Virus record (IMG/VR): IMGVR_UViG_3300032239_000359
Location: 1-30,601 of that record
Origin: a virus
Lineage: Duplodnaviria > Caudoviricetes
Reading direction: 5' to 3' (one strand)
DNA: 30,601 nt
The position numbers and the translations under genes were made by a program. The first letter of the stretch is position 1, and the number at the start of each line of letters is the position of its first letter. The notes beneath the pieces were generated by a model. The model was not told the origin of the DNA and did no database searches. It saw nothing but the letters and a program-made list of their open reading frames with translations. Positions 1 to 9,572 of the stretch are shown piece after piece.

Positions 1-240
1 CGTAGGTCCTGTAACAGTTGAAGCTGCACCTGTTGCTCCAGTTGGACCCGTAGGTCCTGTAACAGTTGAAGCAGCACCTGTGGCTCCAGTTGGACCTGTA
101 GGTCCTGTAACAGTTGAAGCTGCACCTGTTGCTCCAGTTGGACCTGTAGGTCCTGTAACAGTTGAAGCAGCACCTGTTGCTCCAGTTGGACCCGTAGGTC
201 CTGTAACCGTACTTGCCGCTCCCGTTGCACCTGTTGGACC
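1..240. repeat. About five 48-bp tandem repeats encoding [16 protein letters not shown]
   Basis: gtaggtcctgtaac recurs at about 2, 50, 98, 146 and 194. Confidence 0.85.
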
Positions 241-1656
241 TGTAGGTCCTGTTGCGCCAGCAGTTCCAGTTGCACCCGTAGGTCCTGTAGGTCCTTGAAT
301 GCCTTGAATTCCTTGAATGCCTTGCGGTCCTGTTGCACCAACGGCTCCTGTTGCACCTGTAGCACCTGTAGGTCCAGTTGCACCCGTTGCTCCGGCTGAT
401 CCTGTTGCACCTGTAGGTCCAGTTGCACCAACTGCGCCCGCAGCTCCAGTAGCGCCTGTAGGTCCTGTTGCACCTGCCGCACCTGCTGCACCTGTGGCAC
501 CTGTAGGACCAGTTACGGTTGAAGCTGCACCTGTAGGTCCTGTTGCACCTGTGGCTCCAGTTGGACCTGTTGGACCCACACCGCCTGATTGCGCAAATGT
601 GATGTTATCTGTGCCGATAATGATGTAACCATTGGTGCCAGTGCCAGTATTATTTTGAATCCAGTTAGTAGCACCATTGACAGTTCCATTAACCACAAAA
701 AGAAAATCGCCATACTCGACTTGACCTGCAACTGAGTTGTTAAAATCTGTTGCACGAGTTAAAACATAGGGAGTTATGAAAGAACCAACGGTGCTTACAT
801 AATAAATACCATTTTGAGTTTGTGTTGTTTGATTCTTAACCAATAAACGATCATTGACTGCAAGAGAAAAACCATCAATTGAAATTGCACCATTAGATGT
901 TGCAGTAAGTTTTGCACCAATACCATAACCGCCACCTGCATCGGCAGTTCCTGCAGTATATGTTGTTGCAAGATTTGCAGTTGTCGCAGAGTGAGCAGAT
1001 GAATGTGCATTTACAGATGAAATCGGACCTGTCGGTCCTGTTGCACCTGTAGGTCCAGTTGCACCTGTAGGTCCTGTTGCGCCTTGTGATGCTGCCGCAC
1101 CTGTAGGTCCTGTTGCACCTGTCGGTCCTGTTGCACCTGTATTTCCAGTAGCACCTGTAGGACCAGTAACAGTTGAAGCTGCTCCTGTAGGTCCTGTAGG
1201 TCCTGTTGAACCTTGAGAACCTGTAGCACCTGTAGGTCCTGTTGCACCTTGAATACCCTGGATGCCTTGAATACCTTGAATACCTTGTGGACCTGTTGGA
1301 CCTATTGCACCTGCTGATCCTGTTGCACCTGTAGGTCCAGTTGCACCTGTATTTCCAGTAGCACCTGTAGGACCTGTAACAGTTGAAGCTGCACCTGTAG
1401 GTCCAGTAGCACCCGTCGGTCCTGTGGGTCCTGTTGTTAAAGAGATTGTGGCAATAGTTGTATCAACTGCATCAAGGCGAGCCTTAACCGATGCTTTTGA
1501 TCCCTTTGGATTAGTCCCAAGTTCGCCTTCAATAGCCTCAATCGCATCATTTGTATTTGCGTGTTGAGTCGCGTGGGGAACTGTTGCTGAATCTAAATAA
1601 TCTGTCGCAGTTGGATTGCTAAAATTATCAATTCCGCCGGGATAATTAGTTGCCAC
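1..1656 (-). CDS. Collagen-like (Gly-X-Thr) fibre/decoration protein, 3' end runs off the window
   Basis: Not in the ORF track because it has no stop in the window. GTG at 1656 with SD AGGAGA (1661-1666). Reads [23 protein letters not shown]..., then long GPTGATG/GIQ repeats, interrupted at about 590-1015 by a globular segment with the fibre-type motif [17 protein letters not shown]. Confidence 0.85.
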   Translation of the reverse strand, partial: MATNYPGGIDNFSNPTATDYLDSATVPHATQHANTNDAIEAIEGELGTNPKGSKASVKARLDAVDTTIATISLTTGPTGPTGATGPTGAASTVTGPTGATGNTGATGPTGATGSAGAIGPTGPQGIQGIQGIQGIQGATGPTGATGSQGSTGPTGPTGAASTVTGPTGATGNTGATGPTGATGPTGAAASQGATGPTGATGPTGATGPTGPISSVNAHSSAHSATTANLATTYTAGTADAGGGYGIGAKLTATSNGAISIDGFSLAVNDRLLVKNQTTQTQNGIYYVSTVGSFITPYVLTRATDFNNSVAGQVEYGDFLFVVNGTVNGATNWIQNNTGTGTNGYIIIGTDNITFAQSGGVGPTGPTGATGATGPTGAASTVTGPTGATGAAGAAGATGPTGATGAAGAVGATGPTGATGSAGATGATGPTGATGATGAVGATGPQGIQGIQGIQGPTGPTGATGTAGATGPTGPTGATGAASTVTGPTGPTGATGAASTVTGPTGPTGATGAASTVTGPTGPTGATGAASTVTGPTGPTGATGAASTVTGPT

Positions 1657-1680
1657 GGTTTCTCCTTAGTAATTAAGAGG

Positions 1681-1724
1681 GTGTAAGGGTTGAATATCAG
1701 GGGGGTAATATCCAACCCTTACAC
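1681..1724 (-). terminator. Intergenic stem-loop (terminator or processing hairpin)
   Basis: Perfect 12-bp inverted repeat gtgtaagggttg (1681-1692) / caacccttacac (1713-1724), extendable inward. No clear U-tract. Confidence 0.5.
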
Positions 1725-1725
1725 T

Positions 1726-2415
1726 TTAAGAGTTTTGGATGTGAAAAGGCTTGTGATGTCTATCATCAAGCCAAAATTCTTTACGATGAGGCAAAATTGC
1801 ACCTGTGTGGGCGTGAATCTTGTAACCCATTGAACGAATTTTACGAGAAAATAATAAATCTTCGCTAAACCAACGACCACCAATAGCACCATCAATAAAC
1901 CAAGCCCAATCGGGTCCTTGATTTGCGGTTGCTTCGATTCTCATTTGTTCTAATAATGAACGATGAATAAGCAAACAACCAGTTCCGGCTGCTGCAATTT
2001 CAACAATTGAATCATCTGGATAGTTATCCCAAGGCATTGGACCGTTATCAGTGTCTTGATAAATAACAGGCACTGGGCGTAATTCATCTTTATCAGTCCA
2101 AAATGCAGCAAAAATAAGGGCTGAAACTATGGGTCTTTCGGTTGAATTCGCTGCATTTATGAGCTTATCAAAGGCTTCAACTGACAAGATTTGATCTGTA
2201 TCCATCATTAAAAGCCATTGTGCATTAGTTTCATCAAGAAAATTCTTAACAATTACATTGCGTGAGCGAGTTAAAAGCGAGATATTGCCAATGCCAACAA
2301 TAGAATCAATGCGATCTAATCGCTTTCGATTGATTTCAACTAGATTTGTTGCAAATTCTGTGTTTACCGTTCCTGAATGTGGAAATGCAATGCAAATTTT
2401 ATCTTTTAGCTTCAT
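1726..2415 (-). CDS. GT-A fold (GT2-like) glycosyltransferase
   Basis: RSRN..V..FL, WLLMMDTD (DxD motif), AAGTGCLLIHR, SEDLLFS and C-terminal HRK motifs. Confidence 0.85.
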   Translation of the reverse strand: MKLKDKICIAFPHSGTVNTEFATNLVEINRKRLDRIDSIVGIGNISLLTRSRNVIVKNFLDETNAQWLLMMDTDQILSVEAFDKLINAANSTERPIVSALIFAAFWTDKDELRPVPVIYQDTDNGPMPWDNYPDDSIVEIAAAGTGCLLIHRSLLEQMRIEATANQGPDWAWFIDGAIGGRWFSEDLLFSRKIRSMGYKIHAHTGAILPHRKEFWLDDRHHKPFHIQNS

Positions 2416-2555
2416 CGTGTCTCCACATCAAGACCGAGCGCCGTTGTTTCCACTTGTCGTTCTTCAAGGGCTTCAATCAACCCATCAAGTGTTTGAAATT
2501 GTTTTCTATTTGCTAAATCACGAGCAACTTTTAACCCGTCAAGATAACTAAGCAT
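2412..2555 (-). CDS. Small hypothetical protein (47 aa) downstream of the capsid gene
   Basis: Manual translation MLSYLDGLKVARDL...DVETR. SD GGGGGAG. ATGA overlap with the next gene. Confidence 0.7.
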   Translation of the reverse strand: MLSYLDGLKVARDLANRKQFQTLDGLIEALEERQVETTALGLDVETR

Positions 2556-2583
2556 TAAAACTCCCCCTAAATAATTGTGTCAA

Positions 2584-2615
2584 AGACACCTGCCCCAATT
2601 AAGAGGCAGGTGTCT
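2584..2615 (-). terminator. Rho-independent terminator-like hairpin after the major capsid gene
   Basis: agacacctgcc / ggcaggtgtct 11-bp inverted repeat just after the capsid stop, with a short T run on the minus strand. Confidence 0.65.
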
Positions 2616-2628
2616 CCAACATTACAGA

Positions 2629-3972
2629 CTAGAAGCCTGAAGGTGCGACTGTACCAGTACCACTTATAGCACTGACTGCCTTCGCGTAACGATGAGCTAG
2701 TGCCATATATCCGTAAACTTGGAAGCGAACTGTTAGGTTTGCTGACAAGACATCTGGAAGAACACGAGTCTTAACGCCTGATTCAAATAGGTATGAATCT
2801 GAGAACTTACCAACAAGAATAGGAGACTGATTTGTGGCAGCTCCGTATGTCTTTGGAAGTGTTGCATCAACATAAACAGGTACTCCGTGGATTGTTCCAA
2901 CGAGTCCTGCTGGCGCTCCCGGAGCAGTAACTACACCGTTTGCATTGAATGGACCTGCGCCGACAGGCACGATGATTGGACGTGAATTTCCATCTGTGCT
3001 TGAAGCGAACCAGTACCACATTGATGGGTGCATAACAATTGCTTCAACTGCCTGGTAGCGGTTTGTTACAACCTTGCTAATGGCCTTTGAGATTGCTTGC
3101 AATCCGTTTACTGCAGTTGGTGTTGTTTCAGTCCAAGTTGTTGGGATACCGTTTGTAGTATCTGCACCAAGGTTAATGAAACCCTTGAGTGTTCCTGAAG
3201 TTCCATCGCCGTTACCTGTAACTGCGGTGTTAAGTGCAAGTGCGTAATCCTTCATCAAATCACCGAATACTAGACGATCAAGACCGCCTGCAAGTGGTGA
3301 TTGTTCCACTAATTGAATGGACACATTTTCATATCCAGAGATAGTCCGGACTGGTGCCGTGACCGTACTAGTGACCATATCGCGTGTGTTTGTAGCAGAG
3401 TTATCAGATGACTGGAACGCAACCTGTGTACCTGTAGTAACTGCCGGGATATTTATACTGTCGGTTCCTAATGGGAGTGCCATCGTTGTCGCTAAATCTG
3501 CGGTCACCCTTGCAGCTCTTGCGAATTCAGCATACTCATTGATTAGGTAAATTGGCGGCACAAAATCGCCGCCGGCTGTGTCTGTGCGTGAGATGTCGCG
3601 TGTTTCAACTGCAACTTCGCTCTGATGGCGGTTTAGGCGCTCCCAAGATGTTGCATCGTTGCGCATTGTTGCGTTAATCATATCGCGAACGAATGAGTTG
3701 CGACCATCTTTGTCGTATGTCATTGCTTCGCGTGTAACAGTTGTTCCACCAACGAATGGCTTTACACCTGATTCTTTGCGTGATTCAGCAATTGCTGCTG
3801 AACGTGCTTCTACTGCTTCTGACTTTGCAATGCGCTCATCGAGTGCTGCAATTTCATCGTGCTTTGCGGAGACAGTATCTAGGATTTCAGTTGTTACATC
3901 GCCTGCAAGCAGAGTATCTGCTTCGACTGCAACTGCATCCCGCTGCTCCTTGAGCTTTGATGTCAAAGACAT
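2629..3972 (-). CDS. Major capsid protein, HK97 fold with N-terminal coiled-coil delta domain
   Basis: 447 aa. Helical N-terminus, AGGDFVPP, GNGDGTSGTLKG, GTIHGVPVYV, GKFSD motifs. Follows portal and protease. Confidence 0.93.
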   Translation of the reverse strand: MSLTSKLKEQRDAVAVEADTLLAGDVTTEILDTVSAKHDEIAALDERIAKSEAVEARSAAIAESRKESGVKPFVGGTTVTREAMTYDKDGRNSFVRDMINATMRNDATSWERLNRHQSEVAVETRDISRTDTAGGDFVPPIYLINEYAEFARAARVTADLATTMALPLGTDSINIPAVTTGTQVAFQSSDNSATNTRDMVTSTVTAPVRTISGYENVSIQLVEQSPLAGGLDRLVFGDLMKDYALALNTAVTGNGDGTSGTLKGFINLGADTTNGIPTTWTETTPTAVNGLQAISKAISKVVTNRYQAVEAIVMHPSMWYWFASSTDGNSRPIIVPVGAGPFNANGVVTAPGAPAGLVGTIHGVPVYVDATLPKTYGAATNQSPILVGKFSDSYLFESGVKTRVLPDVLSANLTVRFQVYGYMALAHRYAKAVSAISGTGTVAPSGF

Positions 3973-4047
3973 TTATTTCTCTTTTCTTTTGGAGTGGGTT
4001 TGTGTAAAACCGCCGGGGCAGGATGCGCCGGGGGCAAATTTAATGTG

Positions 4048-5403
4048 CTACTTGCGCAGTTTGCGCTGAGCATTTTTCAAAATGAGCAACTTCTTGCGCA
4101 ATTCTAAATCTTCGTTTTCTTCTTCTGCACTACGCATACCGACAGTTGTTGAGTCATATGCTGGCAATGTGACTACTGAAACCTCATACAAATGCAAATC
4201 TGTAAGTGTGCGCAGTCCTTCTTCACGAATTTCCCCACCTGGCTCAACTGTAAAAGCAAATGACATCTTGTCCACATCGCCACGGCGAAGGGCAGATGCT
4301 AGTTCTTGAGCGCGTGGATTACTTGGATCAAGTTGTGCATCCATACGCAGACCTGTTGCATCTTCGCTCAGTGAAAGTGTGCCTGACTTGGTTGAAGCAA
4401 GCGGTAACTGCTCCATATCGTGATTGATAAGCAAGAACACTGGATTATCGGTAGCAAGAGTGCGTTTGAAGGCACCTGGAGCAATAACTTCGCGGAAATT
4501 CAATCCTGTAGCCTCTGAATTAAAGGTTGCAGCATATCCACCGATGCGTAATGTGCCATCTGTTGTATCCATTGTGCGTACTTCGGCAGTCATTGTAATG
4601 CGCTCTGCGGTTGCAAGTGCTTTACGCGCTTCAACTAATTCGTTATCTGCAGACTTCATTTCCATATCGGCTCCTTCTTCTGCCACTTCTTCAGGGCTTT
4701 CGGTTGTCAAATCTGTTGGTACAACTTCCATTCCAAGTGAGGATGAGAGCTGCCAGCGCCACATTTGATGTTTATCTAGGCGCTCGGCTAGGAAATTTGC
4801 AATACCTTGCTCGTTATATTCAGTTGCGCATTCAAAAGCATCTGCAATTCCACGGATAACAACATCGTTAGCACCAAGCAAGTCAATTGCTAAAGTGCGA
4901 GCATCTGTTGATAAGTCACCATCTGAAAGTGTGCGCAGTTCCATAAACTGTGTGAATTGGAATGGAGCCTGAACACCAATCTTGCGGATGTTTTCAGCAA
5001 GTGGATCAATGGAGCCATAAACATCTTCATAAATTGCATTAAACAATGCGTGATACTCAGCAAAGTCTGTTCCGATTACATTCCAATGAGCGCCGTGAGC
5101 GCGAAAGTAGAAGGTAATTGTGTCGGCGAGAAGCTCATTGAGTTCTTCACTAAGGTCGGGAGTTCCCTCGGTTATTGCCATTGCATCCTCCTCGGATGTA
5201 GTAACGACAGATGCACGTTTAGCAACCTTGTCGCAGATGTTGAATGCCCACATTCGACCATTACTAGCAGGCCAACTATCACGGATAGTTGCAACCTGCT
5301 CTAATGTCAAGGGCTTATTGTTACGGATTTCTTCTGCTACAGGTAGCAAAATCTTTTCAGCTTCTACTAAAACAGTTGGTGGAACACGATATGTCTCAGC
5401 CAT
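4048..5403 (-). CDS. Dps/ferritin-like domain fused to HK97-family prohead protease
   Basis: aa ~83-223: HWNVIGTDFAEYHALF...DPLAENIRKIG...HQMWRWQL (Dps). aa ~270-425: GYAATFN, FREVIAPGAF, LINHD (H328), KMSFAF (S381), LYEVSVVTLPAY (protease). Confidence 0.9.
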   Translation of the reverse strand: MAETYRVPPTVLVEAEKILLPVAEEIRNNKPLTLEQVATIRDSWPASNGRMWAFNICDKVAKRASVVTTSEEDAMAITEGTPDLSEELNELLADTITFYFRAHGAHWNVIGTDFAEYHALFNAIYEDVYGSIDPLAENIRKIGVQAPFQFTQFMELRTLSDGDLSTDARTLAIDLLGANDVVIRGIADAFECATEYNEQGIANFLAERLDKHQMWRWQLSSSLGMEVVPTDLTTESPEEVAEEGADMEMKSADNELVEARKALATAERITMTAEVRTMDTTDGTLRIGGYAATFNSEATGLNFREVIAPGAFKRTLATDNPVFLLINHDMEQLPLASTKSGTLSLSEDATGLRMDAQLDPSNPRAQELASALRRGDVDKMSFAFTVEPGGEIREEGLRTLTDLHLYEVSVVTLPAYDSTTVGMRSAEEENEDLELRKKLLILKNAQRKLRK

Positions 5404-6620
5404 TATTCAATAACTCCCATCAATGGGATTGAAGTATCTGAATCAACGCCCAAAGAAGAAACATCGCCACCGGCGGTGACTGTTCCTGCAAGTGCCTGAT
5501 TAAATACATCTCCACCATCATAAGGTTCTAAGCCTTCAATTTGACGAACTTCATTTGGTGTGCGAGCGCCAATCTGAACATTCAACATATTGACTTTAGC
5601 TCGTGTCAAAGCATCAGTGCGAAGCAATGATGATGTATCAAAGGCGATGTCGGTGCCATCAGGTAGAACTCTTGACAAACCAATTTCAACTCGACGAATC
5701 CAAGGTGTAATTGTGTGAGTCAAGAAATTTAATGATGCTTGTTCAACATTCTGATAGGTCTGTGTGTCTCCACCTGAAGCAAGAATGAGGTGAGCGGGAA
5801 TACGAAACACGCGGGCAATATCTCTAATAAGTTGCTCACGAGTTTCAATCATCTGTTGGTCGGCAGCCGATGTTGTAATTGGCTTCCATTTAAGTCCATC
5901 GGATAGAACTGCAGGACGGCGATGGCGCTTGTGAGTTGCTTCCCAAGTATTGCGAATAATTTGAGCCTGCTCATTAGTAAGTTTCTGATCAGTCTCAAGA
6001 ATAGACGAAGGAGTTGCACCTTCTGCATAGAACTGCCCTAAGTGACGGTCCATTGCCATTGCAAGACCGATAAGATTACGAGATTGAATCAAAGGTGAAA
6101 CACCAACAAGTGATTGTGGCGGTGTAAACCAACGCATATGAATCAAATCTTCGGCAGGAATCTCATTACCAAGGTGCAAATACTTGCGCCCTGTCTGATC
6201 ACCTGTAGGCAATACTTGCATTTGATAGACGTGCAATGGTACTAAACCAATTATTTCACCCTTTTTATCACGGTCAAGGTGAACATAAGCATTGCCGTGC
6301 AAAGCCATTGAAGCAACAATTTGATGCACTAATTCGTATTCATTAGAGTCAATGTCGGGTTGCTTAAGGATATATGGCAAATCTGTTGCTACTCGCTTGC
6401 CATTTTCAATTTTGAAAGTGCGAAGTGGCATTGATGCTACTGAATCTGCAAGCAATGAAATTGCGCTAATGACTGCAGAGATACCAAAGGCACTCCATTC
6501 ATCAATGCGTTCTCCTGCTGCAGATGTAATGTTGGTTTGTCCATAAAGTTGAGACAAAGGTGCAACGTAGTTGTTGTATTGAGGGTAGCGACCTGTTAGG
6601 CCACGTTTAATGATGCTCAT
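5403..6620 (-). CDS. HK97-family portal protein
   Basis: LHGNAYV, GVSPL, IARVFRIPAHLI, YQNVEQ, TPNEVRQIEGL motifs. Confidence 0.95.
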   Translation of the reverse strand: MSIIKRGLTGRYPQYNNYVAPLSQLYGQTNITSAAGERIDEWSAFGISAVISAISLLADSVASMPLRTFKIENGKRVATDLPYILKQPDIDSNEYELVHQIVASMALHGNAYVHLDRDKKGEIIGLVPLHVYQMQVLPTGDQTGRKYLHLGNEIPAEDLIHMRWFTPPQSLVGVSPLIQSRNLIGLAMAMDRHLGQFYAEGATPSSILETDQKLTNEQAQIIRNTWEATHKRHRRPAVLSDGLKWKPITTSAADQQMIETREQLIRDIARVFRIPAHLILASGGDTQTYQNVEQASLNFLTHTITPWIRRVEIGLSRVLPDGTDIAFDTSSLLRTDALTRAKVNMLNVQIGARTPNEVRQIEGLEPYDGGDVFNQALAGTVTAGGDVSSLGVDSDTSIPLMGVIE

Positions 6621-6760
6621 TCAGCCGCCAAATAGGAGCCAGCAATTACTAACAAGCCAGCAACGATAAGGGAGATGCCCCAACTGAAAACAATTCCAAC
6701 ACCAACAGAAATTAAAGCTGCGCCTATCATTTCTGCAACGGTTGTGATTTTCTCACGCAT
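6617..6760 (-). CDS. Small two-TM membrane protein between terminase and portal
   Basis: Likely start ATG 6760 (MREKITTVAEMIG...) with SD GAGGA. Hydrophobic sequence in a common position. Confidence 0.7.
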   Translation of the reverse strand: MREKITTVAEMIGAALISVGVGIVFSWGISLIVAGLLVIAGSYLAAE

Positions 6761-8303
6761 TAGGTTCCTCCATATTCCAAGGGTCAAAGATTGCGGGTAA
6801 GTACCCACCTTGAGATTGCCACCAAGCAGCTCTCTCTAAAGCCATTACTGCAGACACCGCCAAGTCAATACGGCGGGTTGAACCTCGCTTCTCTTTTGCT
6901 AAGCGAGAACCTCGTTGATCTACACGAAGGGTTGCATTCCCAACGTGCCTTGCCATTTTTACATCACCATCGTGAGTGATACTGCGGTTCACAACTGCTT
7001 CATAAAAGCGAGTTGTTGCAGGTGTCATACGAGATGCAGTTTGTGGGAATGTAACAACTGGCAAACCTTCTTCTTCTAACACCTGAAAAGTTCTAGCCCA
7101 TCGGTATGGGTCGCAAGCAATTTCCATTACTTCGTATTTCTTGCAAGCATTGCGCAAGGCATCTTCAACATCCATCACTGGCACTTGCCAATCGGCTCCT
7201 GCTTCGTCAGGTTTTTCCCATACTGCCAACGGCATAATATGAGGAACTTCATCAATTGATACTGCCACAATAGCCGTGCAGTCACCATTGAAAGAACCGT
7301 CAAAGCCAATCACAACTTTAGTGCCTTCTTCAATTTCTTTTTCATCGGCGATTGAATCCCAAGCACCGTGAGGTAGCCAGGCATCGGATGTAGATGTCCA
7401 AACATTAAGACGTTTGGTTTTGAATTCTGCTTCGGGTGTTCTTAATACTGCAGATGCAAAATCATCGGCTGAGCAAATATCACCAAAGCCGGGATTTGCA
7501 GATTCCCAAGTGGTTGGCAATCTAAAATCATCTTCGGGATTTGCTTCCCACCAAGAAAAGAAAAACGAAGGATCATCAACTTCCCCCGATGTAACTCGTT
7601 TGCCGTATTCATAGAGTGAATAGCAAATTGAATCTTTGCCACTGACATCTGTTTTAACACCGGCAGTTGTAATTGCCACCATAAGAGGTTCAGTTCTTGC
7701 ACCCATTGCAAGTGACATAACATCAAAGAGTTCACGATTAGGTTGCGCGTGTAACTCATCCATTGCAACGAAAGTAGGAGAAAGACCTTCCTTGGTAAAT
7801 GCTTCGGCAGAGAGCGCCCGATAGACCGAACCGGTCTTTGGGTTATAGATTGCATCTCGATATACATCAAGCAACTCTGATAGTTCAGGCTGCATCTCTA
7901 CCATTCGTTTGGCAGTGCCGAACACAATTTTTGCTTGTTCTTTTTCGGCTGCACACGAATATGTTTCCCCGCCTTGTGGTCCTAGCACTAAATGTTCAAG
8001 AGCAAGTGCAGACAACCAAGCAGATTTTCCTTGCTTGCGGGGCAGGCCGATAAGAGCAACTTTATGTTTTAACTTGCCATCGGCTTTGACTGCAAACAAA
8101 TTCTTTGTTAATTCTTTTTGCCAATCACGAAAGACTAAAGGCTCGCCAGCATTTCCTGCAACGGAATCTTTTGTAATCTTGCAAAGAGCTTCGGCAAAAT
8201 CAATTGTATTCTCGCCACGACTTCGTTTGTAATCGGCTGCTGAAACTTCGCTCAGATAGCGCGGAGGCCATCCTTTAATTTCTTTCTTTCCCCCGTTTGC
8301 CAT
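6753..8303 (-). CDS. terL: Terminase large subunit
   Basis: Walker A PRKQGKS, Walker B VAMDELH, ITTAG, nuclease motifs GFDGSFNGD and RIDLAVS. Confidence 0.96.
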   Translation of the reverse strand: MANGGKKEIKGWPPRYLSEVSAADYKRSRGENTIDFAEALCKITKDSVAGNAGEPLVFRDWQKELTKNLFAVKADGKLKHKVALIGLPRKQGKSAWLSALALEHLVLGPQGGETYSCAAEKEQAKIVFGTAKRMVEMQPELSELLDVYRDAIYNPKTGSVYRALSAEAFTKEGLSPTFVAMDELHAQPNRELFDVMSLAMGARTEPLMVAITTAGVKTDVSGKDSICYSLYEYGKRVTSGEVDDPSFFFSWWEANPEDDFRLPTTWESANPGFGDICSADDFASAVLRTPEAEFKTKRLNVWTSTSDAWLPHGAWDSIADEKEIEEGTKVVIGFDGSFNGDCTAIVAVSIDEVPHIMPLAVWEKPDEAGADWQVPVMDVEDALRNACKKYEVMEIACDPYRWARTFQVLEEEGLPVVTFPQTASRMTPATTRFYEAVVNRSITHDGDVKMARHVGNATLRVDQRGSRLAKEKRGSTRRIDLAVSAVMALERAAWWQSQGGYLPAIFDPWNMEEPNA

Positions 8304-8305
8304 TG

Positions 8306-8752
8306 TTACCTGTTCTGTCGTTTAGCAAGCAATTGATCAAGTGCGCTGACACGTTTTACTTCAGCAACACCTAACTTGGAACGCGATACAGGGTCAAAGC
8401 CAAGAGCTGAGAGTGAGTCGGTGTAAGACTTATTGATTTGCACTAAAGCGCGAAGGTCGGCGGCTTCAAGAGTGGCGTGGTATTTGGCGCGGGCAGTTGC
8501 CAATGTATCCGCAAGGCGAGCTGCGTTCTCAATCGCGTTGCGATCTGACGAAGGCGAGAGCCAAGTAATCGCCGCATCCCAAGCGCGATTCCATAATTCA
8601 GTGCCATTCTCACCAAGATTGGCAGGTGGCGCAGGTGTCTCGTGCGCCATCGGTAACACGCTAACAATTGAAAGTTCAGGAAGTTTTCTTTTTCCGGGAT
8701 TACCCGTTGCTCTTTTAATTTCAATTGGCTTTGGAGGTCTGCCCGCAGTCAT
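8306..8752 (-). CDS. terS: Terminase small subunit (P27-like)
   Basis: GRPPKP..K...GNPGKR N-terminus and LGFDPVSRSKL. Immediately upstream of terL. Confidence 0.9.
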   Translation of the reverse strand: MTAGRPPKPIEIKRATGNPGKRKLPELSIVSVLPMAHETPAPPANLGENGTELWNRAWDAAITWLSPSSDRNAIENAARLADTLATARAKYHATLEAADLRALVQINKSYTDSLSALGFDPVSRSKLGVAEVKRVSALDQLLAKRQNR

Positions 8753-8881
8753 TGGGTTCTCCTTTCGCGCATAAGTTATCCACAGGGTCCGAACTTGTAA
8801 TTTCGCGACTGTTTGTAAAGTGAGGGGGTGAGGGGTCTATGTGTGTGCGTACAGAAAAACGACCTACCACCACCCCTATGG
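8753..8881. other. Probable cos/packaging region
   Basis: Non-coding gap between the HNH gene and terS, with G-runs, a T-run and C-runs. This is the usual cos position in HNH-terS-terL phages. Confidence 0.5.
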
Positions 8882-9211
8882 TTATTTATTTTGTTTTTTG
8901 CTATTGCACGAGCGACAACACGCTGCTAAGTTGCTTGGCTGCAATCGCAGGTCATAGTTATCTTTGAAAGGAACGATGTGATCAACCGTTGCATCTAATC
9001 CATCTAACTTCTTGTTGCATAAGTAACAGACCCAACCATCGCGATCAAGCACGAGCCTTCTAATCTTTTGCCAAGAATAGTCGTAGCCTCTTTGCTGACT
9101 TGATTTCTTTTCAGGTCTTGGGTTATTTAATAAAATCATTTCACTACATCGTGAGCATCGTGATGTCCGTGATGGTGTTCCACATTCTAAGCAAGGTTTA
9201 CGCAATACCAT
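8882..9211 (-). CDS. HNH endonuclease (HK97 gp74-like terminase cofactor)
   Basis: VLDRDGWVCYLC, TVDHIVP, NLAACCRSCNSKK. Adjacent to terS. Confidence 0.9.
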   Translation of the reverse strand: MVLRKPCLECGTPSRTSRCSRCSEMILLNNPRPEKKSSQQRGYDYSWQKIRRLVLDRDGWVCYLCNKKLDGLDATVDHIVPFKDNYDLRLQPSNLAACCRSCNSKKQNK

Positions 9212-9572
9212 CTGTCGCTACCAAATATTCAATAGCCATTGAGAGCAGCGTTGTATCATCCTTGAAGTATCCAAGCCCAACATTGCAGTATGTGCATAAC
9301 AATCCCCTGACTTGCAATGTTTCGTGGTTATGATCAACGCTCAGTTCTTTATTCAATTCACTTGCATCAATGCCGCAAATAGCACACGCATTGTTTTGTT
9401 GCTCTAATAATCTTTCATAAACTTCTTTTGGTAAATGTGATGCTGCTCGGTGAAATTGTCTGCACTCAATGCAAGTAGTTCTTTTTTGATTGCTGGTTCT
9501 TTTATCTTTGTGAAATGAACTATAAGGTTTTTCTATTTTGCATTTTTTACAAACTTGCGTATTACTCGTCAT
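9198..9572 (-). CDS. Endonuclease VII-like HNH protein
   Basis: CKKC...C..C N-terminus, then QNNACAIC...LSVDHNHETLQVRGLLCTYCNVGLG. Confidence 0.88.
   Translation of the reverse strand: MTSNTQVCKKCKIEKPYSSFHKDKRTSNQKRTTCIECRQFHRAASHLPKEVYERLLEQQNNACAICGIDASELNKELSVDHNHETLQVRGLLCTYCNVGLGYFKDDTTLLSMAIEYLVATDGIA

Noticed and set aside
1-240. Regular repeats resembling a CRISPR array
   Set aside because: They are contiguous 48-bp coding repeats with no unique spacers. The Cas4-like gene is a typical stand-alone phage exonuclease.
80-1247. ORF-track entries 80..298, 317..628, 513..755, 795..1010 and 1011..1247
   Set aside because: These are antisense or off-frame shadows of the collagen-like gene (minus strand, 1656 to <1).
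4010-4035. Short GC-rich direct repeat cgccgggg upstream of the capsid gene
   Set aside because: Two short copies only, with no supportable function.
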